Assembly (NCBI GenBank): GCA_028711115.1
Contig: JAQTSV010000001.1
Location: forward strand, 710,032 to 774,031
Direction of reading: 5' to 3'
DNA from: Candidatus Omnitrophota bacterium
GTDB taxonomy: Bacteria > Omnitrophota > Gorgyraeia > Velamenicoccales > JABMQK01
DNA: 64,000 bases
The position numbers and the translations under genes were made by a program. Numbering within the stretch: position 1 is the stretch's first letter; each line of letters opens with the position of its first letter. The notes under the pieces are model-generated. The model was not told where the DNA came from and made no database searches. It saw only the letters and a program-made list of their open reading frames with translations. Below, piece by piece: positions 48,120-56,951 of the stretch.

Positions 48120-49391
48120 ATGAAATTAAAAAGAACAATTGTAATATCAACTTTACTTACCTTTATATTAACCTTAAGCGTATGGGCGCAGGATATATCC
48201 TTGACTTTGGGCGAGGCTTTGTCAATAGGTTTAAGAGATAACCACGATATTCTTCTTAAGCAGGATGACGTTAAAAAAGCAAAGGCAAAGATTAAAGAGG
48301 CCGAAAGCGGGCTTTTACCGACTTTGACTTTTAGTGCAGGAGTCAACAAAAGCAGGGGCTATCTTACTAAAGATTTAACCCAGACTACCACCCAAACTAC
48401 CCTAAAACAATATTTGTATAAGGGCGGTAAGACAATAAATACAATCAAGAAGAATGAATACGATATGGAAGTTTCAGAGGCCATTTTAGATGAAACTAAG
48501 CTGGATGTAATATCCGGTATCGAAAAGGCATTTTATACTCTTCTTTTAGCCAAAGAATACTCTCAATTAAATAAAGGTATAGTAGAAAATATCCAGGAAC
48601 ACCTGGATTCTCTGAAAGAACGTTATAGGGATGGTTTGGTTTCCGGATCGGATATTTTAAATATAGAGTCATCTTTAGAGAATGCAAAGGAAGCTTATGA
48701 AAATTCATTAAATCAGCTTGAGGCCAGCCGCGCGTTATTAAATAATTTATTATATTTAGACAATGATACCAAAATATCCGCGAATGCGGAATTTGCCTAC
48801 GATACAAATGATATTGCCTATGAAGAGTCTTTGCTGGAGGCGATTAAGAATAGGCCGGAGATAAAACAATACGAGGCTCAGATAAAATCAGATAAAAAGA
48901 ACGTAGAAATAACCAAGGCCGATAACAGGCCTAGTATTTACGCTTCCTGGGATTATTACAGCCGTTCACATGCCGTTACAGGCACAAACAGGAATTGGAA
49001 TGATTATAACATCATAGGTTTGACTCTTTCCTGGCCGGTATTCGACGGCTGGCTGACTAAGGCAAAAGTGGAGCAGGCGATAATAGATTTGAAAGAAACA
49101 CAGATAATGAAAGAAAAAACAGTAAAAGATATCGCCTTAGAATTAAAAAATGCCTATTTGTCCTTAAAGGATGCCATTGCCAAGATTAAAAGTTCCGACT
49201 CAGATATAAAGGTTTATGATGACAACCTTTCAACTGTCAGCGAGAAATATAAGAGCGGATTAAGCAGTTTTATAGATGTGGATGATGCAAGTTTAAAATA
49301 TGATGTAGCTATGTTTAATAAGAAACAGGCAATTTACGATCATATCATTGCCAAAATAGATTTTGAAAAGGCAACAGGAGGGCTGCGATGA
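48120..49391 (+). CDS. TolC-family outer-membrane efflux protein
   Basis: 423 aa with a signal peptide and two OEP-type repeats (LTLGEALSIGLRDNHDIL...). Confidence 0.85.
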   Translation: MKLKRTIVISTLLTFILTLSVWAQDISLTLGEALSIGLRDNHDILLKQDDVKKAKAKIKEAESGLLPTLTFSAGVNKSRGYLTKDLTQTTTQTTLKQYLYKGGKTINTIKKNEYDMEVSEAILDETKLDVISGIEKAFYTLLLAKEYSQLNKGIVENIQEHLDSLKERYRDGLVSGSDILNIESSLENAKEAYENSLNQLEASRALLNNLLYLDNDTKISANAEFAYDTNDIAYEESLLEAIKNRPEIKQYEAQIKSDKKNVEITKADNRPSIYASWDYYSRSHAVTGTNRNWNDYNIIGLTLSWPVFDGWLTKAKVEQAIIDLKETQIMKEKTVKDIALELKNAYLSLKDAIAKIKSSDSDIKVYDDNLSTVSEKYKSGLSSFIDVDDASLKYDVAMFNKKQAIYDHIIAKIDFEKATGGLR

Positions 49392-50299
49392 ACTATAAAA
49401 TAAAAAATTACGGAATTGTTTTATTACTTATTTTATTTGCGGCACCGTTATTTGGCTGCCAGGTTAAAGAAAAAGCAAAGGTTGAAAACTTGCAGTCTAT
49501 CCCGGTTAAGGTTATGAAGGTACAACGGATGGATTTATACAACAAACTGGAATACACAGGCGATATAAAAGCAGAAGATGAGGTAGATGTTTATCCTAAG
49601 GTTTCGGGAAAGATTATTGAGAAGGTTAAGCAAGACGGTGAAAGCGTCAATAAAGGCGATGTAATTGCCTATATTGATCGCGATGAGGTAGGATTAAAAT
49701 TCGAAAAAGCGCCGGTGGAGAGCCCCTTAACCGGAACAGTCGGCAGAATCTATGTTGATATCGGTTCCAATGTTTCTTCCCAGACGCCGGTAGCCTTGGT
49801 GGTCAATATGGATAGGGTAAAGATTAATCTTGATATACCAGAGATATATCTACCAAAAATATTCTTGGGTCAGGAAGCAAAGGTTGCTACAGATGCATAT
49901 CCAGAGAAGGAATTTATAGGTAAAGTAACCAAGGTAAGTCCCGTGGTGAATTTGGAGAATCGCGCAGCACCTATCGAGATTACCATAGATAATCCAGAAC
50001 ATTTTCTGAAGTCAGGCATGTTTGTTAAAGTTACATTAGCCTTAGAGAAGCATACTAATGTGCCACAGATTATAAAAGAGGCAATTATAGGCAGAGAACC
50101 TGATACATATGTATACTTGGTTGAAAATAATAAAGCAAAAATGCGTAAAGTTTCTTTAGGTATACACGATGGTCCTTTTTATGAGGTAACACAGGGCTTA
50201 GAGGAAGGCGAGATGGTTGTTATTATGGGACAACAGCGGCTATATGAGGATGCGCCAACAGTTGTAGAAATAGGTAATGGGCAAGGAGAAACCAGATGA
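49388..50299 (+). CDS. RND efflux periplasmic adaptor (MFP/HlyD family)
   Basis: FGC lipobox-like N-terminus and lipoyl/beta-barrel MFP motifs. It overlaps both neighbours by 4 nt. Confidence 0.86.
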   Translation: MNYKIKNYGIVLLLILFAAPLFGCQVKEKAKVENLQSIPVKVMKVQRMDLYNKLEYTGDIKAEDEVDVYPKVSGKIIEKVKQDGESVNKGDVIAYIDRDEVGLKFEKAPVESPLTGTVGRIYVDIGSNVSSQTPVALVVNMDRVKINLDIPEIYLPKIFLGQEAKVATDAYPEKEFIGKVTKVSPVVNLENRAAPIEITIDNPEHFLKSGMFVKVTLALEKHTNVPQIIKEAIIGREPDTYVYLVENNKAKMRKVSLGIHDGPFYEVTQGLEEGEMVVIMGQQRLYEDAPTVVEIGNGQGETR

Positions 50300-53200
50300 A
50301 ACTTCCGGAATTTGGCGTAAAAAGACCGGTAACTAACTTAATGATATTCTCTTCGATTATTATTATCGCTATGTATAGTCTAATGCGTATCGGCATAGAC
50401 AGCATGCCTAAGATTGAACCGCCGATTATCACAGTAATTTCCACCTATCCTGGTGCCAGCCCCGAAGAAGTAGAAATTAAAGTTACTGAACCGTTGGAAA
50501 ACCAGCTAGCTACTACTCCTGGTCTTGAGAAAATGACCTCTCGTTCTTCTGAAGGAGCTTCTTTGATTACGCTCAAATTTATCTGGGGTACAAATCTTGA
50601 TGCCGCCTCCAACGACGTACGCGACCGCATTGAACTGGCAAAGCGTGAATTACCCGATATTCCCGACGAGATGGATAATCCTTATATCTTTAAATTTAAC
50701 ACCTCCAACATTCCGATTCTATTTTTGGGCGTTACTGCCAAAGAGTCATACAAAGATTTGTACGATTTAATAGATAAAAGAGTAGGAGATGCATTAAGGC
50801 AGCTGCCGGGTGTAGGAACAGTGCAGCTTTTTGGAGGTCTGGAACGCCAGATTAATGTCTGGTTAGACAGGCATCGTTTAGAGGGCTATGGTTTTTCAAT
50901 TCTAGATATACAAAATGCTCTTAAACAGGAGAATATCTCCCAGCCGGTAGGTAAATTAAAAAGCGGATTAACGGATTACTTGGTACGTTTACCGGGTGAA
51001 TTTGCGACTCCCGAAGAAATAAATTTAGTCATTTTAGGAGCACGTAACGGTAAATTTGTTTATCTTAAGGATGTCGCCAGAGTAGAAGATAGTTTTAAAG
51101 AAGTTACCTTGAACGTACGTATCAATGAACAGCCTGGGTTGATGATGATGATCCAGAAACAGAATGACACCAACACCGTAGAAGTGGCTACACGGGTAAA
51201 GAATAAACTTAAAGAATTAGAGAAGGTTTTGCCTAGCGATGTAGAGATGCATGCCATTTTTGATACTTCTCAGGATATTATTGATTCGCTGAATTCGCTT
51301 AAATCTTCAGTATATATAAGTATTGTATTGGTGGTATTTGTAGTATGGTTCTTTCTGCGTAGATTTTTGCCCAGTTTGATTATTGCTTTGACCATTCCAT
51401 TTTCGCTACTCATTGCTTTTATTTATCTATTCTTAAGCGGCCGTACCATCAATACGATCAGCCTTTCGTCATTAGCTATTGCCACCGGTATGGTTGTAGA
51501 TAATGCCATTGTTGTCGTAGATAATATATATAGAAAGCTGGAGAGGGGTAACAGGCCTATGGAAGCGGCAATCTTCGGAGCGCAAGAGATGTTTTTGGCA
51601 ATCGCCGCCTCGACACTTACCACTGTAGTTGTATTTTTACCCATGCTTTTTATTCCCGGCGTAATCGGTATTTTCTTTAGCGAGTTGGCAGTTATTGTAA
51701 TGGTTACGCTCGTAGGCTCTTTATTTACCGCATCCACCTTCAGCCCGATGCTGTGTTCCAAATGGATGACGAGTGTTTATAATTCAGTAAGAAGATCAAA
51801 ATTGTTTTTTAAATTTTATATGTTTTCTGAGAATATGTTTAAATCGTGGGAAGAATTTTATTCGCGCGTTCTTGGCTGGTGTCTGCGTCACAAAAAGCTA
51901 GTGCTTATAGGGTTTACGGCTGCATTTTTTGCCACCATGGCACTAACGCCTTTTGTAGAGAATGAATTTATGCCTGAAGAAGATACTGGAGACGTACGCC
52001 TGACAATCAATCTGCCTTTAGGCACGCGTTTGGAAGAGACTGATAAAGTAGCAAAGAGAATCGAGGCAATGCTTAAAAATGATGTTCCGGAAGCATTATT
52101 TTATTTCTCCCGTTCCGGTGACGTACCCAGCAGAGGCAGGGCTATGGGTCAGACTGCCGGAGAAAATATTATTACAGCCGGCGCAAAACTTGTGCCTAAG
52201 ACCGAACGCAAACGTCCAGTTTGGGAAGTAGCTCAGTTACTGCGCAATAAAATAAAACAAATCCCGGGTGTCTTAAAGATTGATGTTCAGACCGGCAACC
52301 CCATTGGTCGAATGATTACAGGGTTGGGCGGAAAGGCAGTGCAGGTGGAGATTGTTGGTCATTCTTTTGAGGACACAGATATGATTGCCAATAAGATAAA
52401 AAATATTATGGAAAAGACACAAGGCGCAGTTGATGCATCAATTTCCCGTGAATTGCATCTGCCTGAGCTGAATATAGAGATCAATAGAGAAAAAGCCGCA
52501 AGTTTAGGTTTGAATATGAATATAATTGCCAATAGCTTGAATACTTATATTCAAGGTTCAACCGCAACAAAGTATCGTGAAAAGGGGGAGACTTATGATA
52601 TATACGTAAGACTTGAAGAATCCTCGCGGCAAAAGATAGAGGATATCGAAAATTTATCCTTTGTTTCTCCTGTGACTAAAAGTCAGATCAAGCTTTCCAA
52701 TATCGCCAAAATTCATGAAGCAGCCGGTCCTTTAGAAATTGAGCGACAGAATCGTGAAAGGATAGTGAGGGTTGAATGTAATACTTATCAGCGTTCTTCA
52801 GGAAAAGTAGTGGAAGATTTAAAAAGAGAAGTTCAGAAAATAGCTCTGCCTTCGGGCATAACTGTAAATTTTGGCGGTGAAGCAGAAGAGCAGAAGAAGG
52901 CGTTTAGTGACCTTGCGCTTTTGTTATCGCTGGGCATTATCTTGGTATACATGGTTATGGCGGCACAGTTTGAATCACTGGTAGACCCATTTATTATAAT
53001 GTTTGCCATACCGTTTACTTTTATAGGTGTTATTTTAGGTTTTCTCTTTACGCACACTTCTTTAAACATCGTAAGCTATTTGGGTGCTATAATGCTTATA
53101 GGTATTGTAGTTAACAACGCCATAGTGTTGATTAGTTATATTATTATTCTGCGCGCGCGCGGACAATCTATGCATGAAGCGGTAACTAATGCCGGTAAAG

Positions 53201-53421
53201 ACAGGTTGAGGCCGGTTTTAATGACTACTATTACTACTTTGGCGGGATTGTTGCCATTAGCCATATCAAACGGCGTTGGTTCGGAGACATGGCGTCCTCT
53301 GGGTATTACGATGTTCGGAGGCCTCACAGTTTCCACTGTAATTACTATGCTTTTTGTACCTACATTGTACGCAGTATTCCACAGAAAAGCGGAGGTTAAG
53401 ACGGAGGTTAAGAAACAATGA
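50296..53421 (+). CDS. RND efflux permease (AcrB/HAE family)
   Basis: 1041 aa with 12-TM RND architecture and two large periplasmic loops. Confidence 0.93.
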   Translation: MKLPEFGVKRPVTNLMIFSSIIIIAMYSLMRIGIDSMPKIEPPIITVISTYPGASPEEVEIKVTEPLENQLATTPGLEKMTSRSSEGASLITLKFIWGTNLDAASNDVRDRIELAKRELPDIPDEMDNPYIFKFNTSNIPILFLGVTAKESYKDLYDLIDKRVGDALRQLPGVGTVQLFGGLERQINVWLDRHRLEGYGFSILDIQNALKQENISQPVGKLKSGLTDYLVRLPGEFATPEEINLVILGARNGKFVYLKDVARVEDSFKEVTLNVRINEQPGLMMMIQKQNDTNTVEVATRVKNKLKELEKVLPSDVEMHAIFDTSQDIIDSLNSLKSSVYISIVLVVFVVWFFLRRFLPSLIIALTIPFSLLIAFIYLFLSGRTINTISLSSLAIATGMVVDNAIVVVDNIYRKLERGNRPMEAAIFGAQEMFLAIAASTLTTVVVFLPMLFIPGVIGIFFSELAVIVMVTLVGSLFTASTFSPMLCSKWMTSVYNSVRRSKLFFKFYMFSENMFKSWEEFYSRVLGWCLRHKKLVLIGFTAAFFATMALTPFVENEFMPEEDTGDVRLTINLPLGTRLEETDKVAKRIEAMLKNDVPEALFYFSRSGDVPSRGRAMGQTAGENIITAGAKLVPKTERKRPVWEVAQLLRNKIKQIPGVLKIDVQTGNPIGRMITGLGGKAVQVEIVGHSFEDTDMIANKIKNIMEKTQGAVDASISRELHLPELNIEINREKAASLGLNMNIIANSLNTYIQGSTATKYREKGETYDIYVRLEESSRQKIEDIENLSFVSPVTKSQIKLSNIAKIHEAAGPLEIERQNRERIVRVECNTYQRSSGKVVEDLKREVQKIALPSGITVNFGGEAEEQKKAFSDLALLLSLGIILVYMVMAAQFESLVDPFIIMFAIPFTFIGVILGFLFTHTSLNIVSYLGAIMLIGIVVNNAIVLISYIIILRARGQSMHEAVTNAGKDRLRPVLMTTITTLAGLLPLAISNGVGSETWRPLGITMFGGLTVSTVITMLFVPTLYAVFHRKAEVKTEVKKQ

Positions 53422-53711
53422 CAAAAATGGTGATGATTACCTATAACGAAGCAATAGATTTGGAAGTAACTGAGGTTTTGAACAGCTGCGGAGTTAAAAA
53501 TTATACCAAGGTTACGGCGGTGTTCGGCAAAGGCGAAACTTCCGGCACTCATTTAGGCAATGACATCTGGCCGGGCAGAAATAACATTTTATACGTTGCT
53601 TGCGATGAAAAACAGGCAAAACAGACCATTTCCTGCATAAAGGAGTTAAGAAAGAAGTTAGGGCGGGAGGGCGTAAAGGCCTTTGTTTTACCCATAGAAG
53701 AATTGACTTAA
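53418..53711 (+). CDS. Small PII-like (GlnB-fold-like) protein translationally coupled to the RND pump
   Basis: 97 aa with a beta-alpha-beta pattern (MVMITYNEAIDLEVTEVL...). ATGA overlap with the RND stop. The family assignment is tentative. Confidence 0.55.
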   Translation: MTKMVMITYNEAIDLEVTEVLNSCGVKNYTKVTAVFGKGETSGTHLGNDIWPGRNNILYVACDEKQAKQTISCIKELRKKLGREGVKAFVLPIEELT

Positions 53712-53767
53712 TTTGAACCTGGGGTTCTTTGTGTTTTCATATAAAATATGTTATAATTTGTCTGCTC

Positions 53768-53801
53768 AAACCACACAGTCAGTTATTAAGTGGTTTTTTT
53801 G
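53768..53801 (+). terminator. Weak rho-independent terminator after the RND operon
   Basis: AAACCAC (53768-53774) / GTGGTTT (53790-53796) followed by a T7 run. Confidence 0.4.
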
Positions 53802-53842
53802 TTCGGAGCTTAATTAAGAGTTTTGAAAAGGTGTTTTTCAAT

Positions 53843-54010
53843 ATGAAAAAGATAATATTTATATTAGTTTTGTGGGGTTTTTGTATGGTTTTGGCAGGGT
53901 GCCATACTGTGGATAGATTGTCAAGATTTCACACAGGTAATGTAGGTTTGAAGGATATTTGTGGATCCGTAGTAGCTGATGACAAGGATTTTCAAGAGAC
54001 TTTTTGGTAA
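53843..54010 (+). CDS. Small lipoprotein (55 aa)
   Basis: The start is moved to MKKIIFILVLWGFCMVLAGC (LAGC lipobox). The ORF-track extension crosses the terminator. Confidence 0.5.
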   Translation: MKKIIFILVLWGFCMVLAGCHTVDRLSRFHTGNVGLKDICGSVVADDKDFQETFW

Positions 54011-54040
54011 TTTAAACTTTCGTTTTTTAAGTATCTAAAA

Positions 54041-54083
54041 AACCATTTTGTGCCATGTTTTGATAGCGCAAAGTGGTTTTTTT
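54041..54083 (+). terminator. Rho-independent terminator
   Basis: A 10-bp stem, AACCATTTTG (54041-54050) / CAAAGTGGTT (54069-54078), with one G-U pair, followed by a T-run and preceded by an A-run. Confidence 0.6.
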
Positions 54084-54133
54084 ATTCTCCTAAAAATCAG
54101 ATTTTTTGTTAAAATAAAAATATGCTTTCTTAC

Positions 54134-54188
54134 TTGACAAAAGATAATAATAACTGTATATTTATTATGAGCATATGCTCATAATAAA
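54134..54188 (+). promoter_or_regulatory. Promoter TTGACA-17-TATATT overlapped by a perfect 28-bp palindrome (operator candidate)
   Basis: TTGACA at 54134-54139 and TATATT at 54157-54162. The palindrome TTTATTATGAGCATATGCTCATAATAAA spans 54161-54188 (reverse complement checked by hand). A GGAGG RBS follows. Confidence 0.6.
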
Positions 54189-54199
54189 TAGGAGGTTAT

Positions 54200-54529
54200 A
54201 TGGAGCCAAAAGGAAGGCCTAAGAAGTTAAGATTAGTTGAAAATACACCTAAAATAACCCAATTTAGCCCACGCGGAAAACCAGGTAGGCCGGATGAGGT
54301 AGAACTCGGCATTGATCAGTTTGAGGTGCTTAGATTGGTGGATTATTTAGGCCTAAACCAAACCCAGGCAGCTGAGCAGATAGGATTATCCAGACAGACA
54401 GTTGGTAGAATACTAAGGCGGGCACGAAAGACAATTTCCGATGCCTTGATAACCGGAAAGATTATTAGAATAAGCGGTGGAGATATAAAGCTCAAGAAAG
54501 CCAGCCCAGAAGGTCCAAGCAAGTCATAA
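54200..54529 (+). CDS. DUF134 (UPF0251) family DNA-binding protein
   Basis: MEPKGRPKKLRLVENTPKITQFSPRGKPG... and LSRQTVGRILRRARKTISDALITGKIIRI match the DUF134 pattern. Confidence 0.8.
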   Translation: MEPKGRPKKLRLVENTPKITQFSPRGKPGRPDEVELGIDQFEVLRLVDYLGLNQTQAAEQIGLSRQTVGRILRRARKTISDALITGKIIRISGGDIKLKKASPEGPSKS

Positions 54530-55256
54530 CAGAGCCCACAGAAGTATATAGCTTGCCTTAAAAACTTCAATAAAAAGCCCAAAAGGGATTGTGAGGTAAG
54601 TTCCTATAATATATCTTATGTTAACTTTTGTATATGTAAGATATTGATGCCTTATCGTTGTGCGCCAATGAGTTACGAAACTTTGTTATTTGCCTGTGGA
54701 TTATGGATTCCAAACTTACTTTTATTATAATTGTTTATTCCGTAGTGGTCTTTCTTTACCAATTTGTTCGGGAGCTAAAAATCGCTAAAATTTACCCTAC
54801 ATTACCTATTTTATTGTTTTTTTACTTTATGAGGAATTAACAATGGATAGCTATGGGTGTTTGCTTACCTTCTTGTGGTCAGGGTCGATTATGGCTATCG
54901 CCAATAGACAAAATTGACTGGTTTATCCATGAACTCACAATAAATTATAGGGTTCTTATGCTTGGTCAGTTTTTCTCAGTAATTATCAGAATTAAGGTTG
55001 ATTGGAGGGTCAATTCTTGCCTGTTTTTGAGCCGAGGATGGCCTTTTAAGCGTAGTTATCTTTTTAGGAGGATATTTCTATTAAGTGTAAGATTTAGTCT
55101 GCGAAAACCCCGTATTTAATCCTGTTAATCTATGGTGATAATACGGTGATCTTTTTATGCTGATTTACCGGTCAATTTCACAATTCATGGCTTAGAATTA
55201 GTCCTGAATTAGTCTTGGATTGAGGCTTATTTTTGGGGGTTTTAAGGGCAGGCAGA

Positions 55257-55856
55257 TTAATCGTGCCTTCTTATGGTAGCAATAACCTTGCCCAGTACGT
55301 GGAATTCTTTAGATATTGCGGGATATTTCTTATTTGCTGGCTCAAGGTGCACCGTATCATTTTTTTTGCGAAAAGTCATTACTGTGATTGCCTCGTTTAG
55401 CCAGGCAGCTATAATGTCTCCATCATCAGCCAAGGACTGCCTTCTTATGATAGCTATGTCGCCATCCAATAGGTTCTTTTCAATCATATTGTCACCTTTG
55501 ATGCGTAAGGCAAAGGTATCCTTTTCGGAACTGGATAAAAAGTCTTCCAAATTAAGATAATCACGTATTTCTTCGCAGTCTATAAGCGGCATTTTTGAGT
55601 TGATTTTGTCGATTATAGGTATTCTGAAGGCAATGTTTTTGACAAGTCCGATAGAGCGCGACTTTTTCGGGGTTGATTTGAGGTATCCCTTTTTAATTAA
55701 GGCGCACAGATAATCTCTTACTGTACCGGTTGACTTGAAGCCAAACCAGGTAGCTATTTCTCTAATTGTGGGTGGCCGGCCATCATGGGATATTTTATTC
55801 TGGATAAACCTCAAGATTTTTCTTTGTTTCGGAGTGATATCTTTGTAGATACCCAT
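55257..55856 (-). CDS. LexA-like repressor with a degenerate S24 peptidase domain
   Basis: The LexA DNA-binding N-domain is present (PPTIREIATWFGFKSTGTVRDYLCALIKKGYL). The C-domain has GDNM in place of G(D/M)SM and TVMTF in place of TVKRL. Confidence 0.8.
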   Translation of the reverse strand: MGIYKDITPKQRKILRFIQNKISHDGRPPTIREIATWFGFKSTGTVRDYLCALIKKGYLKSTPKKSRSIGLVKNIAFRIPIIDKINSKMPLIDCEEIRDYLNLEDFLSSSEKDTFALRIKGDNMIEKNLLDGDIAIIRRQSLADDGDIIAAWLNEAITVMTFRKKNDTVHLEPANKKYPAISKEFHVLGKVIATIRRHD

Positions 55857-55864
55857 AAACTAGG

Positions 55865-55893
55865 TTTATACCACACACATGAGTGGGCGTCAA
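55865..55893 (-). promoter_or_regulatory. Promoter TTGACG-17-TATAAA (minus strand) for the LexA-like gene
   Basis: CGTCAA at 55888-55893 and TTTATA at 55865-55870 on the plus strand. The spacer holds the imperfect palindrome ACTCATGTGT. Confidence 0.45.
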
Positions 55894-55952
55894 ACTAAAA
55901 ATTAAGCGTCTTGGTTACCGTATGAGAATTTGAGGTTTTTCTAGTTTCTTGG

Positions 55953-56186
55953 TTATTTAGGTGTACTTACGATGAGGTAGTTATCCTGATCAAGAGGATA
56001 GATATTAACCATATCCCCTGCTTTCAGGTTTAACCTCTCCACTTCCTCTTTTGGCAGTTCGCAAGAGGCAGTGCTGCCTTCTTTGAAGGCTTTGGCGTGA
56101 ATAACAGATATATCACCGTTTGTTTCTATGTCTGTTATTATCCCCCTTAATGCTTTTCGTCTTAGAGTCTCTAATACCGTGGCCAT
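55953..56186 (-). CDS. Hypothetical 77-aa protein
   Basis: An ORF with a GGAGGGG RBS upstream. I recognised no family. Confidence 0.5.
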   Translation of the reverse strand: MATVLETLRRKALRGIITDIETNGDISVIHAKAFKEGSTASCELPKEEVERLNLKAGDMVNIYPLDQDNYLIVSTPK

Positions 56187-56433
56187 AGATTCCCCTCCTT
56201 TCTATGATTTATCCTTAAATACTTTTTAAAACTATTACGTTAAACATTAAAAAACTTCTTATTTTGTGGAGAAAAAAATAAAACCTCTACCTTCCTCCTG
56301 TTTTAGGTTTATTTGATGAGTTTGTTACAGTGAAGAGCTGAAATCGTGGGTGCCGTGGCTACTGGTATATTCTATTAAAAAATCCTATTTTGTCAACTAT
56401 TTTTTGCTGATATTTAGAATAAAAGGCATGATG

Positions 56434-56718
56434 TCATTGGTTGAGCTTCTTCTCGATCTGGTAGAATATAGAGGCTACTTTTGCTGGCGTGATATCCATC
56501 TTTTTTGCTATTTCTTTTTGAGAAAATCCCGTCTTGTACAATTCGCAGACTTCTTTTTCTTGTTCATTTAGTTTTGCCAGATTTGAATCCAATATTTTAG
56601 CTACTTCTTTATCAAATTTCGACAATTCTCCGCCTTTGCCATTGCACGTAGGGCATGTCTGCGTCAGGAATTTACCTTTACCGCCACACACCGGGCACAG
56701 ATTAATGATTTTTGTCAT
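56434..56718 (-). CDS. Small fusion of a DnaJ-type CxxCxGxG zinc finger and a sigma-70 region-4/LuxR-like HTH
   Basis: CPVCGGKG...CPTCNGKG, then LNEQEKEVCELYKTGFSQKEIAKKMDITPAKVASI. Confidence 0.7.
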   Translation of the reverse strand: MTKIINLCPVCGGKGKFLTQTCPTCNGKGGELSKFDKEVAKILDSNLAKLNEQEKEVCELYKTGFSQKEIAKKMDITPAKVASIFYQIEKKLNQ

Positions 56719-56951
56719 CTTAAGCTATGGATTATTAAGATTATAGATAGGATCAGGCTGATTAATCCCATGATGCGGGTATTCCTTAACTCTTTGATTA
56801 GATTTATCGGTTCAATCTTCCAGTTGATTTTTTCATAGAATTTCTGTTGTATCCTAATGGCTAAGCCAGGATTTAAGAGGCAAATGGCTCCGTTTAAGAA
56901 AGCCAATACAGCGGTGGCGTTTTCTATTAATTCTATTAACGTTAATTTCAT
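56715..56951 (-). CDS. Small two-TM membrane protein
   Basis: The start is set at MKLTLIELIEN (ATGA overlap with the radical SAM stop). Its stop overlaps the next start (ATGA). Confidence 0.5.
   Translation of the reverse strand: MKLTLIELIENATAVLAFLNGAICLLNPGLAIRIQQKFYEKINWKIEPINLIKELRNTRIMGLISLILSIILIIHSLR

Noticed and set aside
53136-53552. 138-aa minus-strand ORF across the RND/PII-like junction
   Set aside because: It is antisense to the conserved RND C-terminus and has no supporting features.
54658-55119. ORFs 54658..54840 and 54853..55119 as genes
   Set aside because: There is no RBS, the amino-acid composition is odd (Cys/Trp/Arg/Phe-rich) and no motifs are present. I report the region as non-coding of unknown function.
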